Below are positions 39,075 through 51,518 of a stretch of DNA of 64,000 nt, one piece after another. The translations under genes were made by a program, and so were the position numbers. Position 1 is the stretch's first letter, and each line of letters begins with the position of its first letter. This stretch comes from Eledone cirrhosa (Eukaryota). The notes under the pieces were generated by a model. The model had not been told where the DNA came from and ran no database searches. It was given only the letters and a program-made list of their open reading frames with translations. The stretch covers positions 328,352,001 to 328,416,000 of the forward strand of contig OZ024743.1 in assembly GCA_964016885.1 (NCBI GenBank), read 5' to 3'.

Positions 39075-39420
39075 TATATTAACAAATGGAAACTATATTT
39101 ATAAAACCATATTTATTTCATTATATATATATTTCAAGGACACCAAAGCAAATTATGGTGCGCTTTCATCAGACAAAATATAATATAGATCAGTTTTATA
39201 AACAAATATTGACATACCCTTAAAGAATGCGACCATGTCCGGGAGCTTCCAACCGACATGGTCACATTCTTTAAGGGTATGTCAATATTTGTTTATAAAA
39301 CTGATCTATATTATATTTTATCTGATGAAAGCGCACCATAATTTGCTTTGGTGTCCTTGAAATATGTATAATGAAATAAATATGGTTTTATAAATATAGT
39401 TTCCATTTGTTAATATATTA
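39075..39420. repeat. Long inverted repeat (arms about 165 bp) of a Penelope-like pLTR, each arm carrying a hammerhead motif
   Basis: The arms are near-exact reverse complements around a short loop at about 39240-39254. Confidence 0.85.
39310..39380 (+). ncRNA. Type I hammerhead ribozyme motif
   Basis: ATTTTAT CTGATGA AAGCGCACCA...TGGTGTCCTT GAAA TATGTA TA ATGAAAT, with stems I and II and a short palindromic stem III. Confidence 0.65.
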
Positions 39421-39630
39421 TATATATATATATATGTATGCATATACACACAAACAAATATGTATATATATATGTGTATATGTTTATATGTATGTATGTA
39501 TGCATATATATGTGTAAATATAGATATATATATATAAATATATATACACAGTTCAAGAGTAACCAATCTTAAAGAGAGAGATGGAGATAGGAGAGGAGAG
39601 ATTGGTGAATGAGTTAGAAGCCAAAGCGTG

Positions 39631-39800
39631 AAGGCATGTGCCCAATGTGCAATATGCAGCGTAAAGGCATGTGCCCAATGTGCAATATGCAGCGTAAAGG
39701 CATGTGCTCAATGTGCAATATGCAGTGGAAAGGCATGTGCTCAATGTGCAATATGCAGTGGAAAGGCATGTGCTCAATGTGCAATATGCAGCGGAAAGTA
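39631..39800. repeat. 33-bp tandem repeat, about 5 copies
   Basis: AAGGCATGTGCYCAATGTGCAATATGCAGYGKA. Confidence 0.9.
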
Positions 39801-39879
39801 TGTCCAAGTAAAAAACTAAAAATCAACCCTAGAATAGGAATGAGCAATGGGATGACAAATAACAAATGCCCAGGTAATA

Positions 39880-41350
39880 ATAACCCTATGAAGGCCCCTA
39901 CCCACTCCACTAGAACCCCTAGAAGGAATAGGCCTAGAAATATCACCTGGCTTAACCCCCCACCCTCATCTAATCTAGCCACTAATATCCCTAAACGCTT
40001 CTTCTCTATCCTATCTAAACACCCCCCCCCCCAACCATAGATATTACAAACTCTTTAATAAAAATAACATTAAAATCTCATTTTCCACAACACCTAACCT
40101 ACCTAGCCACATCGCATTCAGTAACCATCATAAACTAAGACAGTATAACTCCCACACCGCGGTACCACCACCCCTATCAAATACACCACGCCACTACACC
40201 AATACTTACTCTAGTAGCCCACCTCCCCCATCTAATCCTTCTAACACTGACCAACCGCTTAGGTTAAACTACCCTACTCTCACTAACCGCAGAAGTAACT
40301 GCAACTGCCGTTACCCTAATGCATGCCCACTAAATGGACACTGCCTGACACACCCAACATAGTCTATAGGTGCACGGTTAAAACTGCTTCGAATACCAGC
40401 TCCTATATCGGGTCTACCTCTAACCCTTTTAAGGTACGCTATAACGCGCACTCTTTTTCCTTCCGAGACAACAGATGTTCAACATCTCTAGCTAGGCTCA
40501 TTAAAAACCTTAAATTAACCAACATTGAACACTCACTAACATGGGATATCTTAGCTAGGGCCCAACCGTTCAATGGACGAAGAAAATCTTGTGATCTCTG
40601 TATTACCGAAGCATATTACATAACTCTATCACGACCTCTACCGATTAACGATAGAACGGAGGTAACTCTTAGCTGTCAACATCGAAGGGCTAATTCCTTC
40701 GCCAACAGAATATTTGACCCAACATAGTCATCTAGCCCCATTTTTACTCGTAGCTAATAAGTTAAATAGCTATAACTAACTTAGATAATTATAAGTTACC
40801 TCCCCTACATTGTCTCTCAATTAAAAGAATGTTTAAATTAGCACTTAACTATAAACTACCCACAATTTCTAATCTCTTGAGGAATTACTTCCCCTGAAAC
40901 CACCCTCTAATTAGTAAGGTAAATATGTCCTTTGGCGGCCATCTTGTTACCCATAGGCAGATCTCATACAATGCAGCTTCGACAGATGAATACTGCTTGA
41001 TTATGGCTGACAACTGATACAACCAGGACACCATAGTGAAACACCAATATATGGAACACTACATTATGTAACATTCTCTCCTTATTTTAATTTATATTCC
41101 TTTGAAGTTCCGCTGAGCCGCTCTGTTTTTAAATATGTTAATTATTTTCAACTGAACCAGATCAATAATGATAGATAGTCATCTGATCCAGAAATATTAT
41201 ATGGAGTAGCGAAACAATTGTAAACCGATATTATTACTATTATTAATATTATTATTATTATTCTCTACATTCCTTACATCAAACTAAAATATGTTGACAA
41301 TATTTTAATAATGTCTTCCTTGTGAAATTTGTGGTCTTGTTTTGCTTAAC
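39880..41350 (+). mobile_element. Penelope-like element 3' part with a C-terminal GIY-YIG endonuclease, frameshifted
   Basis: RNITWLNPP..SN.ATN...HRYYKLFNKNNIKISFS...CNCR...CPLNGHCL..NIVYRCTV...YIGST..FK.RY.AH...CDLC..E...C.H. Flanked by (TA)n. Confidence 0.8.
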
Positions 41351-41362
41351 TAATGAATATAA

Positions 41363-41396
<34 letters not shown>

Positions 41397-41419
41397 ATAT
41401 ATATATATCTGTGTGTGTG

Positions 41420-41487
<68 letters not shown>

Positions 41488-42231
41488 TATATATTTAACT
41501 TTAGCATGCCTCAATCTATTATTTTATTTTTATTTTCGTTATCATTTACCTAAAATATACTGGCTCATTAATATATATCTATATACATAATCGTTATTTA
41601 AATATTTCTAACAATAAGTACTTCATAAGCTTTACATGCCGAATATGTTGACATTGATTATCTTCGTTAAAGTTTACATTTAGGAAAATATTCAACAGTG
41701 TAAACTTTCCTTTTCGCTGGCCAGCTAAATACTTTAAATGTTATCCTCATAAAATTCAGAAGTTTAGAAATGTTAACACACTTATAGAATTTACAAAACT
41801 AATAAATATAAATAACCAGCAATTTAAAAAAAAAAAATCTTGATTCTTTACCCTAAAATAGCATAAATTAAACATTTTCAAACTTAACCGTTTAACTTTC
41901 GGAAAAAACCTCCTTCTGCATATGTTACCCCCTTATCTCTCCCTCTCTATAAATCTTATTTCAGTGGCTCTCATTGACTGTTATAATTCATGAGATGTTT
42001 TCCTAGATAAACATAACTTGTAGTATCCTACATTTTAAAATCTCTATAGCTGTCACATTAACCAACGTTCTTACTCACACATTCTCTATTGAATTTATTA
42101 CGTTTTCGCATTTTCTCATTATTAGGGTATAAATGTTAAATTTTCTCTTAGGTTAATCACTACTTTGATTAAATCTTAACCATTTAACATCTCAAGGTAT
42201 GTCATGTATCATTATATTTTGTCTGATGAGG

Positions 42232-42397
42232 GCGGTGTATTGGCAGTATCGGTAGAGGGTCAGACGCCGTGCTTTGCAGCAATGAGTTACGGCCCTTTAT
42301 GGTCTGAGTTCAAATCCCGCCGAGGTTAACTTTGTCTTTCATCCCTACGGGGTCGATAAAATAAAGTACCAGTAATACACTGGGATAAGTAGAAACA
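42232..42397 (+). mobile_element. tRNA-derived SINE with a 21-bp target site duplication
   Basis: A box TGGCAG, B box GTTCAAATCC; ATTATATTTTGTCTGATGAGG occurs at 42211 and 42398. Confidence 0.85.
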
Positions 42398-42460
42398 ATT
42401 ATATTTTGTCTGATGAGGACGTACTGTTGTACATCCGAAATATGTATAATAAAATGTAAT
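42398..42460 (+). ncRNA. Type I hammerhead ribozyme motif
   Basis: ATTATATTTTGT CTGATGA GGACGTAC TGTT GTACATCC GAAA TATGTA TA ATAAAATGTAAT. Stem I is 12 bp including G-U pairs. Confidence 0.75.
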
Positions 42461-42495
42461 TGATCAAAAGAACATCTATTTTATTAATATTTGTA

Positions 42496-42527
<32 letters not shown>

Positions 42528-42585
42528 CAAATAAAGATTCAGCGAGAATCGCATTTTAGGCGGGCAGGAAAAGCGAAGCGAAACG

Positions 42586-42639
<54 letters not shown>

Positions 42640-43214
42640 GCCATAACAATAAATGGGGAAGAAGAGATAAACCCGTACGCCATATTAATAAATAAACTTT
42701 AAAAAATTAACAAAGAGACAAGACAACGAAAACAAAACAAAACGAAAAACAGTTTTTTAAGGGAAAACCTTAAAATTAAAAAAAACAAAAAAACTTTACA
42801 AACGAAGGACGAAGAACTCCATGGTCATCAGTCGTTGTGATGGACTTTGATAGTTTCGAACCCCTACCAACGGTACTGCTGGTTTAACCGGGGTCACAGC
42901 GTCTGACATAAGCCTAGGGACGAAAGACAACCATTATCCGGAATTTGTCCAGGGAAATTTGGAATTTGATGGGATCTATTTTTGTTTTGATGTATGGTAT
43001 TAAAGGAAGTGGGGCCAGTTGTGGTGAAAATAGCTTTAAAGTTAATGCTAACATCATTAGGGTAATGATGGGGGAATCTTTTCCACATCATACAGATGTT
43101 GTTGCGCTCACGGCAGCGTTGGAGAGAGTAAAGTTTGAGTTTTCCTTGTCGACCCCAATAGTCAAGGCCTATCATACCATTTATCTTCGTTTAGTAGCAT
43201 ATTGTTTTTTTTTT

Positions 43215-43355
43215 ATTGGATAACAACAAGCAGATCTGATTGAAGGCATGCCAGGTCTCCCTTCTGTTGATGACATTTTGAAGCTTGGAATCATCTGCAA
43301 AGATTCTTATGTTGTTGTGCTTGTTGACATCGATAATGTCATTGATATAAATAAT
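43215..43355 (-). mobile_element. CR1-like RT fragment
   Basis: IYINDI........IFADDSKL motif. Confidence 0.6.
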
Positions 43356-43525
43356 TGTTTCTACTTTTGGCACAAGGCCATCAAATACCCAGTGTATTAC
43401 TGGTACTTTATTTTATCGACTCCTTAAGGATGAAAGGCAAAGTTAACTTCGGCAGGATTTGAACTCAAAACGTAAAGGGCCGTAACTCTGTACTGCAAAG
43501 CATGGCGTCCGACCTTCTACCAATA
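43355..43525 (-). mobile_element. tRNA-derived SINE
   Basis: Same family as 42232-42397 and 32915-33450. Confidence 0.75.
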
Positions 43526-43726
43526 CTCACCAGAAAACACTTAATCCATTGTAGTAGCTTTTTATAGACACCAACGTTGGATAGTTTCTTCAACTGATAC
43601 TGTGATCACCACACCCTGGTTAACTATTGCCTCAAAAAACGTTTTTGCCGTAAGGCATTTATTCTCTACTCTGTGTCACATATATATATATATATATATA
43701 TGTGTGTATGTGTGTGTGTGTGTGTA

Positions 43727-43797
<71 letters not shown>

Positions 43798-44033
43798 CAT
43801 ATTCTGTCATTACAACAGCAGAGGTCCGACGAGCTTTTGATTCCAGAGTTGGGCCGGATCGACACAATAAAGGCTTAACAAATGGTCCTTGTATTATTAT
43901 ATTACCCTCTGTCTAGCTCTACATCTCGCCACTGACGTGAACCTAAACATCGAGTGCTCACCTGGGTGAACCTACAGTAACTTCACGTTACACCCTCTAT
44001 ATATATATACATATATAAATATATACACGTATG

Positions 44034-44068
<35 letters not shown>

Positions 44069-44069
44069 G

Positions 44070-44285
44070 AACGATCGACTTTCGTCAAATCGGACCGAGG
44101 AAACAATGTTTTCCGTTGGTCTTTCCAATTGCTAGTACTATCTATCAGTCGCAACTTCAGGTAGAAGGAGCAACGTGAAATAAAGTGTCTTGCTCAAGGA
44201 CATAACGCATCGCCTGTTCCAGGAATCGAACTCACAACCTTACGATTGCGAATCTAATTCTCTAACCACTCAGCCACACGCCTTC
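44070..44285 (-). mobile_element. tRNA-derived SINE of the second family; a similar copy is at 61302-61520 (+)
   Basis: The reverse complement reads GAAGGCGTGTGGCTGAGTGG...GTTCGATTCC...CCTTGAGCAAGACAC. Confidence 0.75.
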
Positions 44286-44370
44286 AAATATATATATATA
44301 CATGTATATACATGTATATATATATATATATATATACATATATATGTATGCATATACATATATATTCTTG

Positions 44371-44454
<84 letters not shown>

Positions 44455-44551
44455 TATAAGGGAGAGGATTAGGAGTGTGTAACACTCCACTTATCCAATA
44501 GGCAGTATAAGGTTAGCTCGATGTCTGAGGACAGAGCCGTAATATAATTAA

Positions 44552-46320
44552 CAACAAAGAACGCTTAGAGCATAGGTATATCTTTACTTGCTAACAGTGT
44601 TTCGTCCACACTATAAGTGGGACTCATCAGAGCATAAAGAGCGATTACATATTACACAAGCAATAACAAATCCAAGACATTGAAGAAATAAAAAATAAAA
44701 AATAAAAAATATTGAAGAAATAAAAATAGACATTGAAAAATAAACATTGAAAAATAAGAGGTGCTATCAGTCACAGTTGGGCAGGGTGCTGTTAACATAC
44801 AGTTACATACAAGCATACGCATGGATAAGAGATAGAGAACAGATAAGGAATAGACAAGAATAGATAAGATAGATAGGAGTAGATAAGAATAGATAAAAAA
44901 TAGGTAAAAAAATAGACAAATAATATATATAAAAAATATATATATAAAATATACAGATAATAGAGATAAAGGGTAAGGAATAAGATAAAATAAAATTAAA
45001 ATTATATAAAATAAAATAATATAAAATAAAATAAAATACAATTAAATAAAATGAAATAAAATAAAATAAAATAAAATAAAATAAAGTAAAGTGAGATAAG
45101 ATATATATTTTTAGAATATATTTCTTGAATATATCAGGGGCACACGAACGCCTTAAGTGTTACAGTTAGTTGTATCACAACAATCAAATGCTCAAATGAG
45201 ATTTATAATCAACAGGTGCTATGTCCACACTCGAATGAGTTGACCATTGCAATGCAATGGAGACATCTCAGGTTGGGCAGTCACAAAAGTTCACACTCGA
45301 AAGTCACGGGTGTGCATTCACACAGTTGAGCGGTGGGGTAATCACAAAAGGTTCACACTCGGGCAGGAATCCATTGGTCAACAGAGGTATATCCACATCA
45401 CTAGCGGGGACGTATGCAAGGAAGGTAGGTAAATTCACATGCAGCCGCAGGAACATCCATGGGCAGATAACTGAGTATCACAACGTCACAGGGTAGCAAG
45501 CAAAATCGTTTACATCAACATGAACATCAAGAGGCAGATAAGTGGGCCGAAAGTAAGCAAGTGCAGGTGGGCTAGCCGAAAGCAAGCAAATACAGTTGGG
45601 TTAGGCGGGTTAATATGCATACTCAACAGCGCATACAAAAAATATATAAAAAATAGCTTCAAAAGCCAGTATCCATGAAATCACAGCATTGAGACATCCC
45701 AAGATTATACACAACAATATGGTCTGCACGTATATGCATATACACACACCACATGCATATGCAGAGACGGTATACATATATATATATTTATATATAGACA
45801 TATACAACCACCTACACCCATACACATATAAATGTATATACAGACACACACGCACACACACACAGCGTAGGACACCCGGGTCAAAGCGGATATAATACAC
45901 AGAAATATCACATTAGGCCAACAAAGGCAGAACCCACCACAACAGATAATACATTCAAAATAAATTCATACGAGGAGATGCAGCAAAATTAATCTAAGTA
46001 AACTCTTACGAAGATATGCATGTCCACACGTGTAGTCGCCCGATTCAAGTGTAAACAGACCGTTAATAACTATGATAGCACCTCTTATTTTTCAATGTTT
46101 ATTTTTCAATGTCTATTTTTATTTCTTCAATATTTTTTATTTTTTATTTTTTATTTTTTATTTTTTATTTTTTATTTTTTATTTCTTCAATGTCTTGGAT
46201 TTGTTATTGCTTGTGTAATATGTAATCGCTCTTTATGCTCTGATGAGTCCCACTTATAGTGTGGACGAAACACTGTTAGCAAGTAAAGATATACCTATGC
46301 TCTAAGCGTTCTTTCTTGTT
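44552..46320. mobile_element. Non-coding Penelope-like element bounded by inverted hammerhead-bearing repeats
   Basis: 44552-44769 and 46073-46320 are reverse complements, each containing CTGATGA GTCC...GGAC GAAA. Confidence 0.75.
46228..46290 (+). ncRNA. Type I hammerhead ribozyme motif; mirror copy on - at about 44582-44640
   Basis: CTTTATGCT CTGATGA GTCC CACTTATAGTGT GGAC GAAA CACTG TT AGCA AGTAAAG. Confidence 0.75.
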
Positions 46321-46321
46321 G

Positions 46322-46367
<46 letters not shown>

Positions 46368-46376
46368 GACTCACAT

Positions 46377-46508
<132 letters not shown>

Positions 46509-46683
46509 AAAACAAAGATAGAAGTCAGGGGGGAATCTGGTATGTCCAAGAATTAGGTTAACTGAAACAGTCGAAGAATGTTTGGAATGTCTGAGATAGG
46601 CTGGTAATTCCACCCTCAGAACGGATCGTTTGTGCTGGAGCAGGATGTTGTTTTATAAGTTATCGTGGGATGTACATGAGATA

Positions 46684-47450
46684 GTGGCTCTGATGTTTAC
46701 TGTGGGGTCTACGAGGGGTCGTAGCTTTGGTGTTTAGTGTGGGGTTTACGAGGGGTAGTGGCTCTGATGTTTACTGTGGGGTTTACGAGGGGTCGTAGCT
46801 TTGGTGTTTAGTGTGGGGTTTACGAGGGGTAGTGGCTCTGATGTTTACTGTGGGGTTTACGAGGGGTCGTAGCTTTGGTGTTTAGTGTGGGGTTTACGAG
46901 GGGTAGTGGCTCTGATGTTTACTGTGGGGTTTACGAGGGGTCGTAGCTTTGGTGTTTAGTGTGGGGTTTGCGAGGGGTAGTGGCTCTGATGTTTACTGTG
47001 GGGTTTACGAGGGGTCGTAGCTTTGGTGTTTAGTGTGGGGTTTACGAGGGGTAGTGGCTCTGATGTTTACTGTGGGGTTTACGAGGGGTGGTAGCTTTGG
47101 TGTTTAGTGTGGGGTTTACGAGGGGTAGTGACTCTGATGTTTACTGTGGGGTTTACGAGGGGTCGTAACTTTGGTGTTTAGTGTGGGGTTTACGAGGGGT
47201 AGCGGCTCTGATGTTTACTGTGGGGTCTACGAGGGGTCGTAGCTTTGGTGTTAGGTGGTGTTTACGAGGGGTAGTGGCTCTGATGTTTACTGTGGGGTCT
47301 ACGAGGGGTCGTAGCTTTGGTGTTTACCGTGGGGTGTACAAGAGGTCGTAGCTTGGGTGTTTAGTGTGGGGTTTACGAGGGGTATTGTCTCTCATGTTTA
47401 CCGTGGGGTGTACAAGAGTTCGTGCATTTGGTGTTTTCTGTGGGGTGTAC
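46684..47450. repeat. G-rich 37-bp minisatellite organised as a 74-bp dimer
   Basis: GTGGCTCTGATGTTTACTGTGGGGTTTACGAGGGGTC alternates with GTAGCTTTGGTGTTTAGTGTGGGGTTTACGAGGGGTA. Confidence 0.95.
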
Positions 47451-48253
47451 GTAAGCTAGTGGCACTGATCTTTACCATGGGGCTTGCAAGTCTTTGATCT
47501 TTATTGTGGGGTTTACGAGTGATTCTGATATTTTCTGGGGGGTTTTCAAAGGATAATGCCTCTGATGTTTATTGTTTGGGTGCACCAGGGATAGTGGCCT
47601 TTAACGTGAGAAACAATGTGTGACCTTGACATTTGCAGAGATAGAGTTTAGTGGTCATGACGCTTGTAATGGGAGAAATAACACTGACCTTGACCTTTGT
47701 AGCGTTTATGGGACAATTGTCTTGACCTTTACCGGGAGAAAGGACAGAATCCTCGACCTTTGTAAAGAGGAAGGACAGGGCCTTCGACCTTTGCTAGGGA
47801 GGTAGGTGGAAAGGACATTTCGTCCATTGTTGGAGAGGAGGGACAAGACCTACGTTCATGAATGAGAGGTGTGGAATAGGTCATGACCTTTTCAGACGAG
47901 GAGAGGCAGATGCCATGACCTTTTCAGGGGAGATATGGCAGAGGTCATGATCTTTTTAGGGAAGGAGAGACAAAAGTCATGATCTTTTTAGGGGAGGTGT
48001 GGCAGTGTTCATGACTTTTTCAGGGGCAAAGGGATTTATTAAGTTTATCACCCAAGTATCAGTTGGTGTTAAACTGGGTGATGGATTAAGTTTACCACTG
48101 AAAATTCAGATCGTGGAAGCCCAGAACAAATACCGAAAGGTATTTCCTCCCCACTCTAACAATTCTACGAAACATTACACCACGATGGACCTGGATGGAC
48201 TAATATGCTGTACAACACAGAACAGTTTGAAATCTGGGTGGATTGGTTTGATA

Positions 48254-48482
48254 TTAACCCTTTAGCATCTAAACCGGCCATATCTGGCCAGAACTTTCTC
48301 ATCTCTTTCTGTTCAAACCAGCTGTAACTGGCTGCTCATACCTACATTAAGGTATTGATCTCAAAATAAATAACATCAAAATCTTTTAGATTCGATATTA
48401 TGTGAGATAATTATGTAAGATAAAGCCTTTATTGCGAAAATACAATAGTAAATATAGAGTAATGTAAATGCTGAAGGGTTGA
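48254..48482. mobile_element. piggyBac-like MITE
   Basis: TTAACCCTTTAGCAT...ATGCTGAAGGGTTGA. Confidence 0.6.
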
Positions 48483-48867
48483 TGTGTTTCTTGAGCTTAG
48501 AGGTTCATCAGGCCTAAATTTACCCCAGTTTTATGTCACATTTAATGACTAAGAGTAGAAGACAGGACTCCATCGTAAAGTTGACCTCCAGTTGGTGATT
48601 CACATTTTCTGCTGAATGAACTGACAGAAGGAACGTGAAATGAAGTGACTTGCTCAAGGACACAACACACCATCCTGTCTGGAAACCGATCACATGACAT
48701 ACGGTCATGAACGAAAATACAAATAACTAACTTACCAGTAGGTGGCGCCCACTTACAGATCTGTGGTTGGTAGATCTGGTTAGACGGATTAAAGACATTA
48801 TGATAGGGTGCTGGTACTGCAGTAGTAACATCACCACCACTACCACCAGTACTGTCGCAATAGCAAT

Positions 48868-49022
48868 AATTGTTTCTACTTTTGGCACAAGGCCAGCAAT
48901 TACTGGTACTTTATTTTATCGACCCCGTAAGGATGAAAGGCAAAGTTAACCTCGGCGGGATTTGAACTCAGAACGTAAGGGACGTAACTATACTGGAAAG
49001 CATGTCCAACCCTCTACCGATA
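48868..49022 (-). mobile_element. tRNA-derived SINE
   Basis: Same family as 42232-42397. Confidence 0.75.
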
Positions 49023-49035
49023 CTATAACAATAAT

Positions 49036-49437
49036 ACCACCACCACCACCACCACCAACGCCGCCACCCCACCGCCGCCACTGTCACCGCCGCCACTGTC
49101 ACCGCCGCCACCATCACTACCACCACCAACACCACCAACATTACCACTACCTCCAACACCACCACCACCACCACCACCACCGCCGCCGCCGCCGCCGCCG
49201 CCATCACCAGCAGAGCTGCCACCAACTCCGCCACCCCACTACCACCACTACCACTACCACTGTCGCCGCCGCCGCCGCCAAACCACCACCATCGGCGCCT
49301 CCGCCGCCAAACCTCCACCACTACCACCCCAACACCACCACCACCACCAACGCCGCCACCCCACCGCCGCCACCACCAGCACCATCACTACCAGCACCAT
49401 CACCACCACCTCCACCACTACAACCACCACCAGCAAT

Positions 49438-49472
<35 letters not shown>

Positions 49473-49535
49473 CAACAACAACGACAACGACAACGACGAC
49501 GACGACGACGACGACAACAACAACAACAACAACGA

Positions 49536-49566
<31 letters not shown>

Positions 49567-49587
49567 AGCAGCAGCAGCAGCAGCAGC

Positions 49588-49643
<56 letters not shown>

Positions 49644-49681
49644 CGACGACGACGACAAAAACAACGACAAAACAACAACAA

Positions 49682-49712
<31 letters not shown>

Positions 49713-49800
49713 AACTGCAACAACAACAACAACAAAAACAACAGCAACAACAACAACAACAACACCAACACCACCACCAACAACAAACAAACAACAACAA

Positions 49801-49835
<35 letters not shown>

Positions 49836-50101
49836 CCAACAACACCAACAACAACAAATAAACAACAACAAAAACAACAGCAACAACACCAACAACACCA
49901 ACAACACCAACAACAACAACACACAACAACAACAACAACAACAACAACAACACCAACACCAACAAACAACAACAACAAACAAACAACAACAAAAACAAAA
50001 ACAACAACAACAGCGACAACAACGGCAACAACAACAGCAACAACAACAACAACGGCAACAACAACAACGCCGACAACAACAACAACGACGACGACGACGA
50101 C
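49036..50101. repeat. Compound trinucleotide low-complexity tract (CAC/CGC, then CAG, GAC and CAA)
   Basis: Seen directly. Confidence 0.95.
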
Positions 50102-50319
50102 GGTATGTAGGTTATAGTTGAAGGTGAGTGACCGATGGTGATTATAGGTTGTGTTAGATGTCAACTAGATGTCAACGTTTGAGGCTAATAAATACATGCT
50201 CCAGTTAGTACTCTGCTTATAATCTCTATATAATCTGGTTTTAGAATCAGGTTAAGGTGAATGTATTGTTGATGAAGCTACTGGATTATAAACGTAGCAT
50301 ACTGAAGACGGCAGACGGC

Positions 50320-50730
50320 TTTGAGGAGGGTGCTTCGTGAGGTGGGGTGTCTGTTGCAGGGGCTGTCTCTGGTCATTCTAACTGGTAACGCAGACCACTT
50401 TGAGGAGGGAGACCCGTGAGGTGGGATGGCTGTCGCAGTGGGTGTCTGTTGCAGGGGGTGTCTCTGGTCATTCTAACCGGTAACGCAGCCCTCTTTGAGA
50501 AGGGAGCCCTGTGAAGTGGGGTGACTGTCGCAGTGGGTGTCTGTTTCTCGCCATTCTAACTGGTAATGCAGCCCCTTTTGAGAAGGGAGCCCAGTGAGGT
50601 GGAGTGGCTGTCGCAGTGGGTGTCACTGGTCATTCTAACCTGTAACGCAGCCCCCTTCGAGGAAGGAGCCTCATGAGGTGGGCTGGCTGTCGCAGTGGAT
50701 GTCTCTGGCCATTCTCCGCGGTAACGCCTT
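50320..50730. repeat. Degenerate 80-95-bp tandem repeat, about 5 copies
   Basis: CATTCTAACTGGTAACGCAG...GTGAGGTGGG...CTGTCGCAGTGGGTGTC recurs. Confidence 0.85.
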
Positions 50731-51449
50731 TGTCATTTTGACAGCAGGGCACATCTGAGGCCCCACCTCTTTCTTTCTTTTTTTTTGTTCCCTTTAACAG
50801 TGTTTTGTTATTGTATAAACAGTTTGTAAAATAAAATGAAATATTTTGTTTATATAAAAAAGAAAACTGAAGATTAGTCGTCTTTCTGGGTTACGTCCCT
50901 TTATGCTCTTCCACTGGGCTTAGCTTTTCCTTTTATTCTTAAGGGATCGATTAAATAAAGTGCCAGTAACATACTAGGTTGATTTAATCAATTGTTGGTT
51001 GGACTTGTATGTAAATCATTAATATTGTCGTCTTGTTGAAGACTAGGTCTTCGGATTAACAATGGATTATAATGCTCCACTATTGTGTGCACACAACACA
51101 CAAAAACAAGATGCTGTAGGACAGAATAAAGGAGAGACACAAAATAAAAACCTAGTCACTGAGGATGTCATAGAATGTGTGACGAAGGAGCTTTGACAAT
51201 ATATAAACAACCTTCCGGTTATCGAACCAACCAACCAACCAACCAACCAACCGGAAACTTATAATAAATTGAAGTGAAAACCAACAGGTGCGTGTGTTTT
51301 TATTGGCAACATGACCCTCCCAAAATATAACAATATCTGTTTCAACACACGTTTTCAGATAAGAAATCTTGCTAAACAAATTAAAAAAGGAATTATATAT
51401 ATATATATTAAGAATATTAATGAATGGAAAATATCTTTATAAAACCATA

Positions 51450-51518
51450 TTTATTTTATTATACATATTTCAAGGGTACTGATATGTAAGTACGCTTTCG
51501 TCAGATAAAATATAATAT
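51450..51518 (-). ncRNA. Type I hammerhead ribozyme motif, same pLTR family as 39310
   Basis: The minus strand reads ATTTTAT CTGACGA AAGCGTAC...GTACCCTT GAAA TATGTA TA ATAAAAT. Confidence 0.65.

Noticed and set aside
39628-39819. CAQCAIC or CxxC repeats resembling metallothionein or ferredoxin
   Set aside because: A 33-bp tandem repeat open in several frames, with no gene structure.
42815-42865. Possible type II hammerhead on the minus strand
   Set aside because: Stems I and II do not pair.
48962-50164. Poly-Q/T/N/P ORFs
   Set aside because: Low-complexity trinucleotide tract with no domain or splice evidence.
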